A stretch of 64,000 bases of DNA from Paragordius varius (GCA_964247055.1 OZ176057.1:4960001-5024000); one strand, 5' to 3'. Shown: positions 1 through 15,037, counted from the stretch's first letter. Numbers and translations: made by a program. The notes: a model not told the origin generated them from the sequence alone.

Positions 1-1029
1 TTGTAAAATAAAAATTGCGGCCAAGTAGTTTGACATGGAGATTTTATTTCAAAACAAAATTATATTTAGATATTTTGGAATATTTATAAAATTTAGGATA
101 GAAGCGTAAATTTAAATTGGGACCGTTTCCTTCAGTAGTTTTTTTTAAATCCTTAAATTTAGTCTGGGGTATATAGATACCCCAATTTATCGAAGTGTTA
201 AAGAGCGACTTTTATTACAATCCCAAAAACTGAAAAACATAATCAAAAAAATTAGACTTATTATCAATATTTTATTTATTAAATATTCGTTTTCATAATT
301 AAAAAAGGGTAGGTTTTAATTACAACTTTACATTTTTTACCTTTTAAGTGGGTTTATACTCTAGAACGATTATATTTTGAATATTTTAAAAATAAGCGTA
401 TTAAGCCAAGTGTAAAAATATGTTTTTTAGCCTTTTTCGAACATGATACAAATTCAAAAAAATGCAAAAATTTAAATAACTTTCAAACTTTTTCGCCGCC
501 ATTTTTATTCTTTTGGATACATATGTAATAGCACATTTGTATATTATTGTTAAAAAATTGTAAACAACTAACTTTGGAAAGCTTTCAGATTGTTTTAACA
601 GCTTATTTTCAGCTCTTTGCTTCATTCATTTTTTGAAGCTGTCCTATTTTAGGATTCTGGAAGTTAAAAATGTCATAAATATTTTTTTTCTAAAAAATAG
701 GAACATAATTTCATTTTGACCAAAACAACTTACACAGCAGATTTACAATTTAAACTTTTCCCAAAATATATACGGAATAACAGACCACAGGATTCATGGT
801 TTTTTTTGACCCAATATTAAAATATTGATTTATTTTAATCGCATGGCCAAACCTCATATGATGGTAATAAAATAAAGTGATGGCGCTAAATAAGTTAAAT
901 ATTCAATTTAGATGGAAAAAGTGTTAGCTTTTATAATTACGCTAAAAATTTTTATAAATTTTACACCTAAAGTGGGGAAATTACTGAGTTTTAGCCAGTG
1001 AATTTCGAATTTATTTAACTTTATACGGT

Positions 1030-2459
1030 ATGTGCGCATATGATAAACGTGACAAACCACTCAGACTAGTTTTATGGGATTTCAAACAATGCGACAGTAA
1101 AAAATGTACCGGTGCTCGTCTTTTACATTTTGGACTTGTAAAACCAATAAATTTTAAATCATCCTGGACTGGCTTGGTACTTAACCCATACGCAAAATTA
1201 TATGTTTCAAATAATGACAAGTAATGTGTAGTAAATTATTAATGTATAATTTTAGAGACACAATGTTATCAAAAGGTTTGGGATGCGTAGATTGTTCTTG
1301 GAATCAAATTGTGGAAACTGAATTTATGCGTTATAAACCCCACATGTCTCGAAAACTACCCTTTTTGATCGCCGCAAATACGATAAATTATGGGAAACCA
1401 TTTAAATTATCTTGCGTTGAAGCGTATGCTGCATCTCTTTACATAATGGGTAATTATGTTAAAATTAAATTTTTATATCCAATAAATTTTAACTGTAATC
1501 AGACGTCTTTTATTTTTTTAAATTATAAAGTTTTGTTATAGAAACGTTACAGCATTCATTTATTTTATAATTAAAATTTAATGATTTTCTTGAAAATTTC
1601 ATTTATAAATTATTTTTACTAATTTCCAATTTAAAATATCCAAAATTAATATTTTTTAAAGTTTTTAAGAAAACATTTTAATATGCTTTATAAATCATTT
1701 CAAGTTTTACCACATACAAAATCCCTTTTATCATATAATCATATTTTTATCCAAAACAAAATTTTTCATAAACCTTTGCTTTATTTATTATTCTAGGGTT
1801 AATCCAACAAGGCCATGATTTATTAGAGAAATTTAAATGGGGACCAAATTTTTATGAGTTAAATCGACGTCTCTTTAACCAATATGCAGAATGCAAAAAT
1901 AGCGATGAAATCGAAAATGTTCAATCCAAATATGTAACTTTTACCATGCAAGATGGTGTAGAGGGCATATTGATAAAAGGTTTATATTACTAAAATTCAT
2001 CTCTTTTTTTTTGCTTTAAGTTTGTTTGGTTAAATAGCTGAATTTTGGATTTAAACTGTTTTTATCCATTAATCTTATAAAAAGCCATAGTGTTTTACAC
2101 TTTTAAATGATAATGAGTTTTTAATTATGATGAGCTAGGTTTTTTTAAAAAAAGTGTATGATTTTCCCTATTTTTGTCATATAATACTGTTTTTAGAACA
2201 ACAATATAGGGAAAGCGATGACACATGCGAATCCAGTACAGATGAGGACGATCCGAATAACAAATCCTTTGCTGATTTAAACATTAATTCCATGCACATA
2301 TCAACCGGAGACAACACAAATAAACATTTAAAAAACGACAAAAATAATAGGCCCCATAAAACTAAAAAACCTATCAATAAAAATATTAAAAGTGACCCAA
2401 ATTTACCCCTATACCCCCCGACAGATAGTAGTTTCTACGATTCAACCGAGGAAAACTGA
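1030..2459 (+). CDS. TSR3: 18S rRNA aminocarboxypropyltransferase Tsr3, 4 exons: 1030-1220, 1256-1449, 1797-1955 (or -1979), 2197-2459; ~268-276 aa
   Basis: Motifs LWDFKQCDSKKCTG, DCSW, RKLPFLIAANTINYGKPFKLSCVEAYAASLYIMG and EKFKWGPNFYELN, plus an acidic tail. GT-AG junctions restore the frame, including a 35-nt intron at 1221-1255. The exon-3 donor is ambiguous between two phase-1 GT sites. Confidence 0.93.
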
Positions 2460-3299
2460 ACAATAATTGGAAAATTTATTTTATGTAAAAAGTGTGGCTA
2501 CCTACGATTCTATAGTTGTATTTGATAATATTATAAAATATTATTATAGCGAAATCGAGTTAAACGGATATATTATGTCCCAAAATGTTTAAATAAATAT
2601 TTGTTTGATAAGTGGGAAAATGTTTATTAGTACGATTAAATTTAATTTATCATTAAAGTCAAAAAAACGATAACTCTCACAATCCATTTTGCACCCCGAA
2701 TCGTAGTTTTTAAAAGAAATACGTTGAAATTTTTGGGGAAATTTGGATACAAATTTATGATTTTGTTTCTTTTACTATTAATTTGTTATTTAATAATATG
2801 AATAGAGACACATATTATTTTGATTATCAAAGTCAATTTATTATAGCGATATAAGATTTATACAATTAAAAAATGTCATTATTAACTATGAAGTTCATTT
2901 TATTTTTTTTTCAAAAAAAAGAATGGAATAGGAGTGCAAAATTACTATTTGTGACGTTTTTTTGTAATATATTTAAACCAAAACAACATTGTTTAAATTT
3001 ACGCGAGCGAAAATCTTAAATCCACCTTCTTAAACGAGAAATTAAATCATTGAAAATGAAACTAATTATAGCTTTACGGTCTTTTTTATCAGTTTAAAAT
3101 GCACAACTTTTGATATTATAAAATTGGTCAAATAACCTAAAGTACTTTTCTCCAGATTTTCTGGTTGCCGGATAGTAAGGGCATACACGGCGTAAAAAAC
3201 GGTTGCTCGATACTTTATTTTAGTATTTCATAGCTAATTCCGTTTTCTTCGCTTTTGCTTGTTCTTTTTATTTCACATAATAAGGATGCATTCGAATCC

Positions 3300-6200
3300 C
3301 ACACACTATGTTAATCATATCATTCGTTTGGCCTTTTTGGAATCTAACTACTTTAACCAGAAGGAGCCATTTGCTGTTGTCCAAGAACATCGAAATTCGT
3401 TGCACATAAGAAACTCGCTGGAAGAACTCTGGTTCCCAAAGCATTCTCGATTATCTTTGGGTTTATTTCTAATAGCCGTTAATCAGGTGTTGAAGTGTAT
3501 GCCAAAAATTCCATCTTACCCAATATCATTACGATTGATAACTCATTAGAAAGATATAAAAATTCAACTCAACAAAAAAAATATATCCTATTTTATCCGT
3601 TTACGCTCGGCAAATCGGTTGTGATTCAGATTGTAAGGATTTATTTTGGTTAACTTTATATGAAAAAGTCACTACTATTCCACACAATGATTTCATATTT
3701 ATTACGGGTGACCTAAACTCATATCTTGGTAAAAAATTTTTACATTAAGTACATGGAGGTTTCGGCATGGATGACTTAAATGAAAATGGTAAAACGCAAG
3801 TTATAATAATTTATCCATCATTAATATTTTTTAAAAAAATGATAATATGCTAACCTATATATCTGGCATAAATCGTTCAACGATTTATATAAAAATATCA
3901 AGAAAAGAGGACAACAATTTTAAAATTATAGATATATCCCCGCTTTAAAACGGCAGTTATATAATCTACATCAATACAATCAGCCATGGAAAAAATAAAC
4001 CTAAATTTAGATATAAAAAATAATCAATAATAACATAAATAATATATTTAAACTCGAATTTTCCCTAAAATAAATACAGCCTCTTCGCAACAACTTTGGA
4101 ATTCTTTAAAGTTAAGCTGCATTAAATCACACTAGAGAAGAATATTGGCAGAATGAAATCTAATAATAAAAAATCTTTTAAATGGTGTTGCCTAATATTC
4201 CTTATAAATATAATTAAGAAAAAGAAATCTGCTTTCCACAATGGAAAAAAAGTGTTGACGCCAAAATGATTATATTCAAACTAAGAAAGATTATCGTAAA
4301 GCATTCAGAGATTTAATAAGCAAAATGGGTAAAAGGGAAAAGAAGAAAAGCTATAACTTCCCAACTGCACATAGATGTGTTAAACATGATAATTTAAACC
4401 GAAACACTGCAATACCATAAGCGGATAATAGTATAAACCACGATGCCGAAATTACAAAAACCACATGGTATAACCACTTTTTAATATTTTTAATAAACCA
4501 AAAATACCCATGGAAATTACAAACTTTCACCCAATATATTCTCTATTTTAACCATTTACAAATGACGATATAGAATTTTGTTAAAAAAATCTGAAAAATA
4601 ATAATGGCCCAGGTTTATCGGATATCACAAATGATGTGATCCCTAGATTAAAATTTAGTAGTTTATTTTAAAAATATGCGAACAAGATAGTAGTAGATAA
4701 TTTGATACCCACTGATTGGCTGAAAAGCTATACAATCCCATTCTATGAGGGCAAAGGATACAGTTTAAACGTTTCCAACTTTCGTCCCATACACATCTTA
4801 GACCATGGTTTTAAAATCTTTGAGAATCTGATAGCCAACAGAATTCGTCGACACTGGTATAGATTCTATGCAATTTGGATTTTCAAAAAACAAGGGGACC
4901 ATAGATGCAATATTTATAATCCGCCAATTACAAAATGCTAACCCGAGAAATCTCCCTCTCCACCATGCGTTTGTAGATTTGGAACAGGCTTTTGACACAG
5001 TCCCGAAACACTTGATTGCTTATTCGCTCAGAAGGCAAGTTATAGAGGAAAATATGATAGAGGCATCATATAAGAACACCTTAACTGTAATCTGTACCAG
5101 CGTTGGCGATATACAAACCATATCTGACTTAAATGGCATACACCAAAACTCTATACTGAGTCCCCGTTTATTCATCTTAATTATGGAGGAGATCACTAAA
5201 GACATCCTGCAAGTTTTACATTTTAAACTTTTGTACGCTGCGCCACATCAGCAACGGAATTAATGGAAAATTAAATTTTTGGAAGGACACCCTAAGTAAA
5301 TTTGGTCTAAAAGTGAAAACATTGGGTGGGGGGATAAAAACGTCGCACTTGGCTTGTAAGCCAAGCGTGGCAAGTTGAGCAAGTTTACTTAAGCCAGCAA
5401 GTGTACACTTGAAGATCGGTGATAAAAAAACACTTAAGTCAAGTCTTTTGCTTTGCCACCCACGAATTTTATGGAATTTATTTTGATCATTTTCAGTCAA
5501 ATTTTATGAAATAAGGCAGAAAAAGATAAACAATTAATACAATATGCATTTATTGAAGTTTGTTAAACTCACTGGCACGTATCTTATTTAATATTATTAA
5601 ATGTTTTAAATATTGAGCCTGGTAATAATTTTTAGATTGATGAAACCATTCGTCCTTAAACACTTTCCATTTCTTTATCACACTTTGTTTGGGGTCCAGT
5701 TGCAAATATAATGAGACGATGTTCATACAATATAACATTATTATTTTTATTGATTATCAACATTACATTCGAAATAAATTTATGATGAAATAAATTCTTT
5801 ACGTTCCTTAATAGTGAAATAACCTTTGGAGTTTATTGAACGAAGATTTGAAATTTTATAAGATTAATATTTATTTATTAAGTTTAAGAAATTATCGATA
5901 ATGAATTCTTTTTTGCGTTCTCGAAATAGATATATTTAGCTTATTTTTATATGCCATGCTCTTAAATATTGGCAGATTTCTATAAATTTATCCTCTTTTG
6001 TATCCACTTAATGAACGGATTAATCCAAAATTTATCAAATTAACAATTTATAGCATTAACAAAGGTTTGAATTACATATAAAACCTATATTTATACATAA
6101 ATAGTTTAAAAATAATTTCATATATATTTTTAAATCTGTCAAGTGTGCCCTACATCACACTTGCAAAATCTTTGCGTTTTACTTGATTATATGATTTTTT

Positions 6201-7110
6201 ATCACCTCCTTATAAAGTTTTTTGCTTGACTTAAATCGTGTAATGTTAATTTTTTTTTATCACATGAAAGCAAGCCATGACTTGAAAAACTTGCAAGTCA
6301 AGTCAAAAAATTTTTTTTATCCCCCGACCCTTTAAATACCAAACTAATGTGCGATGAAAACAATACAATAAAATGACCGTGCTCAGTATTAAATGTAACG
6401 ACTAAGTGTAATAAATGTTCAAAGTGAGTACATAAAAAATGCTACACTTAATGTTAAAACTATAATATTTGCCATACAACAAACACATTAACCACATTGC
6501 CCCGAGTCCTCCACTTTATTCGAATATGTAGACAAATTTATATACCTATGTGATACTTTAGATGCTGTAGTGGTAAAGAATCGGCTTATCGTATAGAATC
6601 AAGGCCGTTGGAAAATTATCATAGTCTGTGCACATTAGTTAATAAAAAATACGTTTTACACAGTTAAAGGTAAATATTCTAACGCCTATACGTCCTGCTA
6701 TTACACAAACGTGGCCTTTGACATATCAAATCTACTATCACTGCAAAAGTGTGAACCAAAAATCCTAAACGCCATTTATTTCGCACATAACCCTAACATC
6801 TACAATTTCCAAGCCAAATTTTGCTAATATCACATTCTAAAACCAATTAATACAGCTATCCGTGATAATACCGCGTTTGCGTTGATATGGCCACATTCAC
6901 AGAGCTCAAGACACAAACTGGATAATTATACAGTCTTTTTCAAGTACTAATAAAAAAAGATAGACCATACCTGGGAATCCGCTATTCAAGAAGACCTAAA
7001 TTTTTTCAATATTAAAATCAAAAAAGCACAAGACAGAAGGAAATGTAAATATATAATAAGCTTACCTGCTTTATGAAAAAATAGCGTATAAAGGTGAATA
7101 AATAATTGGT
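3300..7110 (+). mobile_element. Degenerate non-LTR retrotransposon, RTE-like: APE endonuclease, RT, PHD-like Cys cluster and C-terminal tail; interrupted at ~5322-6332
   Basis: APE remnants FAVVQEHR (~3375) and ILSVYARQIGC..FW..ITGDLNSYLG..VHGGFG (~3590-3770). RT motifs SNFRPIHIL, QFGF..GTIDAIF, AFVDLEQAFDTVP, LSPRLF (4700-5260). After the insert: PC..C..C..VHKKC, VDKFIYL, YGHIHR, TWESAIQEDL..AQDRR. Many stops and frameshifts. Ends approximate. Confidence 0.9.
5322..6332. mobile_element. ~1.0-kb non-autonomous TIR element, probably hAT-like, inserted in the LINE RT
   Basis: Left end GGGTGGGGGGGATAAAAA (5324) matches the reverse complement of right end TTTTTATCCCCCGACCC (6330). Subterminal ACTTG/CAAGTC motifs occur at both ends. 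Candidate 8-bp TSD is degenerate (TGAAAACA/TAAATACC, 5/8). LINE homology resumes directly after it. Confidence 0.75.
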
Positions 7111-7484
7111 GATAAAGCAAATTGCATATTCAGTATTTATATTATAATTATAATTGTTTTTTTAAGCCTTTCTTGAAAAAGTCTTTTTTGATTCCTTAAA
7201 ACGCTTTATTTTAAAAGCGTATGAAGTCATTCTCATTTTTGAAAGGGTATGTTTTTTTTAAATAATTTTCGTTGCTAATATTTTATCGCGCGATCTCGCC
7301 ATTTTTTAAGATAACTAGCCCATTTTAGAAGAGCGATTAACTAAATACTTATCGACCACACATCTAAAAATTATAAAATTATTTTCCTATTTGTTTCCGA
7401 GAATGATGCATTTAACTTTCACTAAAACAATTTCCAATTTTCGATATAGAGCAGTTAACCAAAAAGTGTAAAAATTTTTCTTAA

Positions 7485-8037
7485 CACTTTAACATCATTT
7501 TAGTCCTTCGATTAAAATTGGGGTAGTTGGATACCTTAGGCCTGTTTAACATTAAATACTTTAAAAAGTATGGAAGGAATCGAAACTATAGCAAAGTTTT
7601 CTACTTATATAACATTAATAAACCAAAATATATAGAAAATTTTATTCAAAAATATTTGATATTACTTATTTTAAGTTAAAACCAGGTAAAAAATTCGTCA
7701 ACGTGATATGTGTGAAATGGTAAAATAAATATCACAAATAAAACCGCTTTCTCTGTTTCTATCAATGTTAGTATAAATAAAAAATTAGCTTTAATTATAC
7801 CCTTAAAATTAAATGAAAACGATATTTGGCAAAAATTTTGTGAAAAAAATGGCGTCGAAATTGTTTGACATGGAAAACATACTTCAAAACAAAATTTTAT
7901 TTGAATTTGGCATATTTATATAATTTTTATTAGGATAGAAGCATAAATTCGAATTGAAACCGCTTCCTTAAATGGTTTTTGAAAAATATTAATTTAAATT
8001 TAGTTTGTATTTAGATACCCCAATTTGAATCGAAGTG
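7485..8037. mobile_element. TTAA-flanked MITE (piggyBac-like ends); a related right-end fragment lies at 1-197
   Basis: TTAA at 7481-7484 and 8038-8041. Ends CACTT..CTTCGATTAAAATTGGGGTA and rc CACTTCGATTCAAATTGGGGTA. About 190 nt at 7845-8041 align by eye with 10-201. Confidence 0.6.
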
Positions 8038-8930
8038 TTAATTCAATCACCAGGGGCAAATTAAGAGCATGGTAATCATGATAAAGAATATATATATTTC
8101 ATTAGGATAGTATTTTGTGTAAATGGCAAATATGTCGACGCGCACTTAAACGGTTATACAATTTTAAGGCTATCGTAGCCCAGATTACGATTTTATATAT
8201 AGATTATCTTAATAACATTTTAAATAAGGCTTAGCCTAAACCAAAATTTTTATAGCATAAAGCGAAAAATTAATTAAATTTTAACACAAAAGTAACGGTA
8301 ACATTTTTTATCCGTAAGCTGAAAAAAAAACCATATAAGTCTTGTTAAATTCTATAAGAAATATATTTATTCGTGTTATCCCCGATTTTTAACGCAGTGA
8401 AGTGAGAATCAAAAATGTATGGTAGAATTATATGGTTATAGGGAAGCTACCATATATACAAATTGACCCCAGCAAAAATTTACAAAATCTCTTGTTACAT
8501 ATATTTTATAGGTGAAAAGAAACTCAAATTATTTTTAGGTTCAATATATTATATTATATTTTTATTTATGAAGTTTCTGTTAAAAAATATTTATAGATTA
8601 TATTTTATTAACCATTTTTCGGATTAAAAAAATGAATACCTATTTAAAGCTTATAAACATTTGGCTAATTATTTTTAAATTCTAATGAATATATTGTCTA
8701 AATTGTATTTTACAAAAGTCACATGACCAGAATTATAATAATTTTAAAACCGTACACCTTAAAAGTTGCATGTTTAAAATATGTTTTATAATTCTGTTTC
8801 TGACAATGTATCTATAAATTAAATATTTAATTTTTTTCTAAGGCACCGTATTTTTTAAAATATTTTTAATCATATGTTACTCACATGGAACAAATAATTT
8901 TGGAATTGCTGGTTAGCGGGTCGAAAAAAA

Positions 8931-11900
8931 ATGAGCGCAAACGCTCCCCAACCTGATACAGATGAGTTGAAAGTAAAATAAAATTTAATTTTAGCGAATG
9001 ATATCAAAATTTCGTGTACATGAGTTGCAATGCCTCTTAATCTATGCAGGCAAAAGTAAAAATGGTAAGAAACAAGAGTTATATGATCGTGTAATGGTTT
9101 TATTTGAGAACAATGCAGTTTTACCTGCACCTCTCCGCATAAAGATACAAGATTTATACGCGTAATATATATTTTATCTGTATTAATATCCGTTATATTT
9201 ACCTTAAATTTTAAAAATATTGTTTAAAAATAGCAAATTTATGGCAACTCAACCATGTTGGGTTCGAATGCCATCGACTTCGCCCGATAATTCCCATTCG
9301 TCTGTTAATGAGCCAAACTATATGCAATCATCATCTCTCAATAAATCCAATTATCCGTCATATCAACCTTGCGGTTCTAGGCCCTCACAAAACTATACTG
9401 TCGCGTTTGCGCCTTCGTATGGGAATCACACATCTTACAGATCCCTTATAAATGCCAGTAACACCAATAGAACGAATTTACGCATTTTAACTCAACAACA
9501 AAATAACAACTCTATGAATACTGCCAATACACAAAATTCGAGGCAAAATAGATTTGTCGATTTTCATCATCAACAACAAAATTCAAATCCTGGGGCGGTT
9601 CATTACCCGCATCAAAATGGACCCTCTATGCATGCATCGTCAGCTGTTAATAGATCGTCAAGTCAACACCATACCAACATCAATAGTCAGACGAGAGTTG
9701 TTTTCGAACGAGGGAACAACGCCAATAACCAACCAATTCTAATCAATAACAACAAGTATTATGTTTCTTTTTGACTACCCAATAATCTTTTTTTATTTTT
9801 TGATATTGCAAACATGGTCCTGATCAGTTTGTTTTACTCTTTTTTGCTATATGGAGAAATATTCAAAACTATATATGGCCAAAGATATTCATGGCGAATT
9901 AAAATTTGTTTCTATTTGTGTTTTTGAAAAATTAAACTTTATAAAAAGTTTTTGAGTAATATACTTCACATAAACTATACATATTTAGAAAACTGATTAT
10001 TTATTTTTGCAAAACATTTTCGAAAAAGTTTGCTCCAAATTTGCCTACTTTTTCGCCCCAAAAAAATTGTCTCAGTTGTCTCCTTATGCTTCTATTCTTT
10101 ATATATATAAATATTTTTAATTTTTAACCAATCTTTTGTTTTTGAAGACAGTTAACATTAATTTTAATTTTAAATCGTAAAAATTTAATTTTCTTCACTA
10201 CTTTTCACTTTGTCCATCCTAGTTTTAATTTTGGGGTAGTTTTGTATTTTAGAGCTAACTAAATTATAATTTTGAAAATTATTAAAGTTAAAATTTAATT
10301 TTTAACATTCTCTTGTATCAGATAATAAAGCTTATAGTTGTTACAGTTTTGTGACTTCTCCGGTCTAAAATTGGGACAGCTCCCCGATTGAAACAAACAG
10401 CCGATATTAAAAGGAAAATATATCAAGTGTTTTTTTCTTAAAATGTAGCCTGTAAGCCTTTTAAAATACACCATATATTGCATTTATTTGCCTGTTGCAT
10501 TGGCGATTTTAACAAGTTTATCGAAAAATAATGGCGGCAAAAAAGTTTGAGATGAGGATTTTTTACATTTTTTTTAAAAGAAATATCTATTATGCACCTA
10601 AAAGGCTAACAAAAGCATTTAATTAAATTGGTTTAATACCTTAAAAACTTTTAAAGATATTTAAATTATAAATCGCTTTGGGATATAAAACTACCCTAAA
10701 AGGTATTGGAGTGTTAATTTTATAAACTATATATATAGCACTCAAAGTTCAGTACTCTACAATAGTAATAATAACAACATTGTTGTTTCCAATGTTCCAT
10801 TAAACAGCCAAAATCAAAATAATCAAAATGGCGCAGGAATGCAGCAGACGAAAATGTCATCAGCTGTTTTTAACCCAAAATCATATGTGGTCCAACCGAC
10901 TGGAGTTAATTTAAAACCTTTGCCTTTCTATGAACCCATATGTGATCTCATTAAACCTACGACTCTAAGTTAGGAATGCTATTTTACATAAGCTTTTTTA
11001 TATTTTTTGTTTTAAAAAAGAAACTTACATTTTACTAATTTTTACTATATAACCACCAACTTATATGATTTAAATATATATATATGTATATAATTAAGTG
11101 TGATACCTTTATTGTTAAATTTAAAACTCTAGAATATAAGATGGCTATCTGACTTTTTATTTTTAGCTTTTTGTTATCTTATATTTTGAACCATTTACAG
11201 TTCAAATTCAAAATTTAAATCCACCCTTGAACAATTCAATTCACCCTAAAAATAATAAATTATGTGTTTTCTATTAAATATGAAATATATCTTTATGGCA
11301 TAGTTATTATTTTTTCCGTATTATTTTATATAAAACATAATTTAATTTTTTTAAAAAATATATTAATATAAGTAATTTTTAAATCTTAAATAACATTTAA
11401 TTTATTTTAGGGTAATCGTATTCTTTAAAGGTGAATTTGAATTAAATGGCATATATTTCTTTGTACATTTTGTAAATTTTTCATTATTTTTAACATCATG
11501 TAGTACCTTACAATGTTGAAAAGGGAGGCCCACAAGAAACTTTTTTTATGTTTCATTTGACACCTAAAATGGTTGAGGAAATCCTTACTTCACGGTATAT
11601 ATATTCTAAAATTTTTTTCGATTAAATTATTAAAATTTTTAAATTAATTAATTTTTGATATTTTTGTAATAAATATAATAGTAAATTTTTGAGTATTTAT
11701 ACTGCCAAAAAATTATGTTTTCAAATAAATCAATTAAAATACTAAAAAACACATATTATTAATGTATATATATATTGATTATAATTAGATATTTTAATCT
11801 ATAAAGTAATAATTTAGCATTATTTTAGTTCGCAAATATTTTTTATTTAATTTTTCAATAAAAAAATTTTGATTAATTTTACTTTTGATAAATCTTTTAT

Positions 11901-13067
11901 TTTATATTTTTTTGAAAAATAAATCTAGTTTTAAATGCCCACTCACTGGAAAAGAAGATTATGGAACACAAATTCAACTCAGATTTTGCATTTATAATGA
12001 AGAAATTATAAATTGTCCACAAAACCAAAACCAAAACCAAACTCCTAATGTTAATCACAAAAGCGGGAATTATAAAATTAAAAAATCTTTACCAGTAGAA
12101 AACAATAATAATAATAATTCTCAAACAACTAATAATGAAAATATTCCGCCAGAAAATGATGAATTTTGTTTAGATAATTTACCCACAAATATTTGCATTA
12201 AAGTGAATGGATTTCCTGCTCCCTTACCTGTAATTACATTTATTTAAATTTTTTTAATTTTAGATAAAAAAAATTATTTTTCATTAAATATACCATTTGC
12301 ACTTTAAGAGTGTCCTGAGTATTTCAAGTTAGTCCTTAAACATTTCAAATAGGCCCTTACAATTTGGCCTTTAGACATTTCAGGTTGGATTTAACCCAGA
12401 AAACTCAATATATATTCTTTAAATACGTGTTAAGATCTTATGTATATATATATATATAAAATAAAATACGGTGTCTGAACGAATTAAAAATTGTTATTGA
12501 TTTACAGATAAGTTTAATATAGAAAATAAGTCGAAATTGATTATATAGTTGCATGATACATAATTTGATTGATAAAAGTTTATAACAACACAAAAAAAGT
12601 TAAAGGATCAACTTGAAGTGTTTAGAAGTGCAAATGGTATATTTTAATTTTTTAACAAAAAATTAGTTTATTTTGAATAAAAATATTTTAAATAAATTAA
12701 TGTAAAAATTAATCATTTATTTAATTTTTTTTATATACAATTATATAAATTATTATCTCTTTGTTTTTTTTGCTTTAGGGCATAAATATAAAGACAAATA
12801 TTTTTTTGTGTAAAAAGACCAGGCCCTATTTATTAAATCTTGATTATTTTATTATTATTCGTTTTAAACTGTAAAGCATACAATAGAGATGTAAATTGTT
12901 AACATAATCAATTACATATTTTTGATTTGTAATTAATAAATGAATTTTGTAGGATAAATTATGGAAATGTTTAAAAAAGTATGGGGTTTTCTTTTGTTGA
13001 AAAAAAGATATTTGTCTTTATATTTTAACCGTTTTGTCCCCGTATAATTTTAATTTTTACTGTATAA

Positions 13068-13103
<36 letters not shown>

Positions 13104-13288
13104 TTAAATGGTTGATTTTTCACACCATATTGTATGGCAATTTGCAATACAACACAGTAATGTATGGAAAAAAACAACAAAATGTTGAATAAACAATTAT
13201 TTTCTTTCTTTTTTCCATACACTACTGTAATGTTGCAAATTGCCCCCTACTATAGTGTTAAATAAGCAACCATTAAAATGCCTACTGT

Positions 13289-13319
<31 letters not shown>

Positions 13320-14245
13320 GCATAGGTTTAAAAAACCTCTTAAGTTACATTGGATTATATGTTTTTTTCTAATATAACCTAAAAAGTAAATAGCTAAACA
13401 CTTTTTTTGAGCCTTAAACTATGTAAAATGTTGTTTTAAAAACAAACTTTTTAAGTATATAATTTAGTTAAACAAACTTTTTTAAGTCTAAAATTTATAA
13501 AAACTTTTTTTAAGCATAAAATTTAGTTAAACTAACTTTTTTAAGTCTAAAATTCAAAACATAACTTTTTTTAGAAGTCTAACATTTAATTAAAAAATTT
13601 TTTTAAAACTCCAAAATTTAATTTAACAACATTTATTACAAGTCTAAAATTTATTTTTTTACATATGTATATATCTGCTTTATAGTTAGCCTTACCCCCT
13701 AAACCTCCTTCAACAGAACCACGGAGACCAGGTCGACCAATTAACCTAACTTCGTTGGTAAAACTTTCACCTATGATTGAAAATCATTTAAATATTTCCT
13801 GGACTCTATCATATTCTCAAAATGCTGATAATCCAAAAAATGTTGGAAATTCTTCAACTGCAACAACACAACAAAATCTTGTCGTAAGTTGTTTTTTATT
13901 CGTTTGATTTGGTTGTTTTAAATTGTTATAATATTGCTTTATGTTTTTGAAAAGGTTTTGTTTTATTTTTTTAATTTTTTGCTAAAATTGCTTTTTTTAC
14001 GATTTCAAATACTTTAAAACTTATTTATTAAAGAAACAACCATATACTTATCAAATATATATAACTTATTGCTTTATTTTGCGGTATAGAGTTATATATA
14101 GTAAGCTTTTTAATGGTTGCTTATTTCACGTACTATAGTAGGGGGCAATTTGCAACACACAGTAGTGTATGGAAAAAAAAACAAAATGTTTAAGAAACAA
14201 TTATCTCCTTTCTTTTTTCCCATACACTACTGTGTTGCAAATTAT

Positions 14246-14288
<43 letters not shown>

Positions 14289-14986
14289 TAAGATTGCGTT
14301 CATTTAAATTTTAAAAATAAATTTTAAAAATTAGAAAAAACTATATTTTTTTCACTATACAATTATTAAATTTCAACCTTTTTATTTGTCTTTTGTCCTT
14401 GAATTTTTTTTTGATTTTCACTGTATTATGCTGCTTTATTGTGTCTCATTATTATATACGGACTAAACGCAAAAATATAAAGACAAACATTTTTCTTCAA
14501 AAGATATTATCACCCTATTTTTGCTGATATATTTAAATATAACTTATTGTTTTATAATTGAAATAGATGTGTATATTGTTTGTAACACAATCAATTATAT
14601 ATACCATTTACAATTCAAATTCACCCCTGAACAATTCAAAATTACCCTAAAAATAAATTGTGTTTTCGGGCAGCTAATATAACTCATCATTAATATGAAA
14701 TATATCTTATCTTCATGGCATAGTTTATAATTTTTTTCAGTATTATTTTAATTTACAACAAAATTTTATTTTTAAATATATATAAGTAATATTTTAAAAA
14801 AACACATAATTTATTTGAGGGTAATTTGAATACTAAATGGTATATTTTACAATTAATTGAATTGATTATATATGTGGGAAAAATTAAGGTGTGTTGTTTA
14901 AAAAGTACCATGGGAGGGGGTCTTTTGCGGAAAAAAGACATAATTTACCTGTATATTTTTTATGTTTCATCCCCATATATATATAA

Positions 14987-15037
<51 letters not shown>

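Noticed and set aside
6375-6430. TGA at Trp positions in the LINE, suggesting a variant genetic code
   Set aside because: Intact genes use TGG for Trp and TSR3 ends in TGA. Simple G>A decay in a dead element explains it.
8870-9130. Minus-strand ORFs opposite real exons (also 401-625, 1011-1220, 19707-20045, 21147-21371, 40866-41225)
   Set aside because: Antisense shadows of coding exons or repeat-derived; no recognisable domains.
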